A program made the position numbers and the translations under genes. Shown in pieces: positions 30,704 through 32,000 of a stretch of DNA of 32,000 nt. Source of the stretch: Caedimonas varicaedens (GTDB lineage Bacteria > Pseudomonadota > Alphaproteobacteria > Caedimonadales > Caedimonadaceae); contig BBVC01000016.1 of assembly GCA_001192655.1 (NCBI GenBank), positions 1 to 32,000 of the forward strand, written 5' to 3'. The notes beneath the pieces are model-generated. The model saw only the letters and a list, made by a program, of their open reading frames with translations. It ran no database searches and was not told where the DNA came from. Position 1 is the stretch's first letter; the number at the start of each line of letters is the position of its first letter.

Positions 30704-32000
30704 ATGACCCATCAATTGCTTCTTATAAAGGACATCAGCGTCGTCCTTCCTCACAAAACACTCTTTACAGGTTTTAATGCCCACATCTATGAAGGAAATA
30801 AAATTGCCCTTATAGGACGTAATGGAAGTGGGAAAACCACACTGTTGGATATTCTTCAAGGTCGACAAGAACCTTCAGAGGGAAAAATTTATACTTCAGG
30901 TGGTACGACCTTTGGCTATGTCCCTCAAATGATTGAAGAAATGAATAGATTCAGCGGCGGTCAGAAATTTCAACACGCCCTGAATCAAGCATTAAAAGAA
31001 AAACCTTCTATCCTTTGTCTTGATGAGCCAACCAATCACCTGGATTCAAACCATCGCCGCTCACTGATGCGAATGCTCTGCAATTACAATAGAGCATTGA
31101 TTATTGTATCTCATGATGTTGAACTTCTGCAAACTTGCATTGACACTTTCTGGCATATTGATCCCAAAGGTCGCATTCATATCTTTTCTGGAACCTACGA
31201 TGATTATTTTTATTATTGGCATAAACAGGAAAAAGCCCTGGAAGAAAAATTGAAGCAACTGGAACGGCATAAAAAACAGACACACCAGGATCTTATGCGA
31301 GAACAGGAGCGAGCTAAAAAAAGAAAATTGTATGGAGAAAAGAAATATGCCGATGATAAAATGGCTCTCCGCAGTGCTCAGGGTCGAGGGCAATCAACAA
31401 GCAACAAAAACAGAAAGAGAATTGGCAATGAAAAGGACAACATTTTTCAGCAGTTAGACAACGTCTATATTCCAGAAGTCATTCACCCCAAATTTTCTCT
31501 TGAAGCAACACATGGTAGCTCGAAAACACTTGTTTCCATTCATGACGGTTCTTGTGGTTATGGACAATCTCCTCTCTTGCAAAACATTAATTTATCTCTT
31601 GGATATCAGGAACGTCTCGCAATTATCGGTGATAATGGTTCTGGAAAATCTACGCTTCTCAAGGCGATCCTTGGGGTACCCGATATTAATAGAACGGGAG
31701 ACTGGATAATTCCAAAGCAGGAACATATTGGCTATCTGGATCAACATTATGGAACGCTTGATCCTCACAAGACTGTCTTTGAAACAATCCATCATTTGAA
31801 GACTTCGTGGTCTCCTGCTGAGATAAGACGATTCCTGAATGACTTTTTATTCCGCAAAAATGAAGAGGTCGATGCTCTTGTCCACACTCTTTCCGGTGGA
31901 GAAAAAGCACGACTGTCGCTTGCGCAAATTGCAGCAAAAACACCCAAACTGCTTATTTTGGATGAAATGACAAATAATCTTGATTTGGAGACACGCGCTC
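30704..32000 (+). CDS. ABC-F family ATPase (two ABC domains joined by a basic linker). The 3' end is outside the window, and the ORF is absent from the supplied track.
   Basis: I translated this manually and found no stop from the ATG at 30704 to the window end. NBD1 has GRNGSGKTT, FSGGQK, ILCLDEPTNHLD and SHD. A Lys/Arg/Glu-rich linker of about 95 aa follows. NBD2 has GDNGSGKST, LSGGEKARL and LLILDEMTNNLD. There are no TM segments. Confidence 0.8.
   Translation, partial: MTHQLLLIKDISVVLPHKTLFTGFNAHIYEGNKIALIGRNGSGKTTLLDILQGRQEPSEGKIYTSGGTTFGYVPQMIEEMNRFSGGQKFQHALNQALKEKPSILCLDEPTNHLDSNHRRSLMRMLCNYNRALIIVSHDVELLQTCIDTFWHIDPKGRIHIFSGTYDDYFYYWHKQEKALEEKLKQLERHKKQTHQDLMREQERAKKRKLYGEKKYADDKMALRSAQGRGQSTSNKNRKRIGNEKDNIFQQLDNVYIPEVIHPKFSLEATHGSSKTLVSIHDGSCGYGQSPLLQNINLSLGYQERLAIIGDNGSGKSTLLKAILGVPDINRTGDWIIPKQEHIGYLDQHYGTLDPHKTVFETIHHLKTSWSPAEIRRFLNDFLFRKNEEVDALVHTLSGGEKARLSLAQIAAKTPKLLILDEMTNNLDLETRA

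Noticed and set aside
31061-31393. 110-aa minus-strand ORF and the other minus-strand ORFs between 30674 and 31943
   Set aside because: They lie antisense to the continuous ABC-F reading frame, which carries all canonical ABC motifs.

Overview
This 32-kb chromosomal window has housekeeping synteny typical of Alphaproteobacteria: infA-maf-rng-yacG, DUF721 divergent from mutY, uvrB, rsmE and prmC. The lineage call is inference only. Two insertion-sequence families have colonised it heavily. There are two near-identical IS21-family copies (istA/istB) and three copies of a 904-bp IS630-family element. Together they cover about 6.0 kb, roughly 19% of the window, and they are nested. IS21 sits inside IS630, which truncates a family-9 glycosyltransferase gene. 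A second IS630 sits inside another IS630, with TA duplications. The second IS21 splits a gene for a secreted protein. The other genes are a nucleotide-sugar operon (galU-ugd-phosphohexomutase), a pair of half-size chromate transporters, a large MscS-family channel, gpt, a NupC-type nucleoside transporter, a POT peptide transporter, tRNA-Arg(ACG), and an ABC-F ATPase that runs off the right edge and is missing from the ORF track. The most system-like accessory locus is a three-gene split-kinase module of the HipBST type at 6705-8210 (HTH protein, HipA N-subdomain protein, HipA kinase core). It is preceded by a perfect 24-bp long-range inverted repeat. That family is already described, so I cannot claim a truly new system from the sequence alone. 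Secondary candidates are an orphan protein with a heme-oxygenase-like diiron motif pattern (25647-26750), an orphan cysteine-rich secreted protein (19374-20213), a Maf homologue whose catalytic residues appear replaced, and an A8 slippery tract conserved in all IS630 copies. All homology calls are by-eye motif recognition. No database searches were run.
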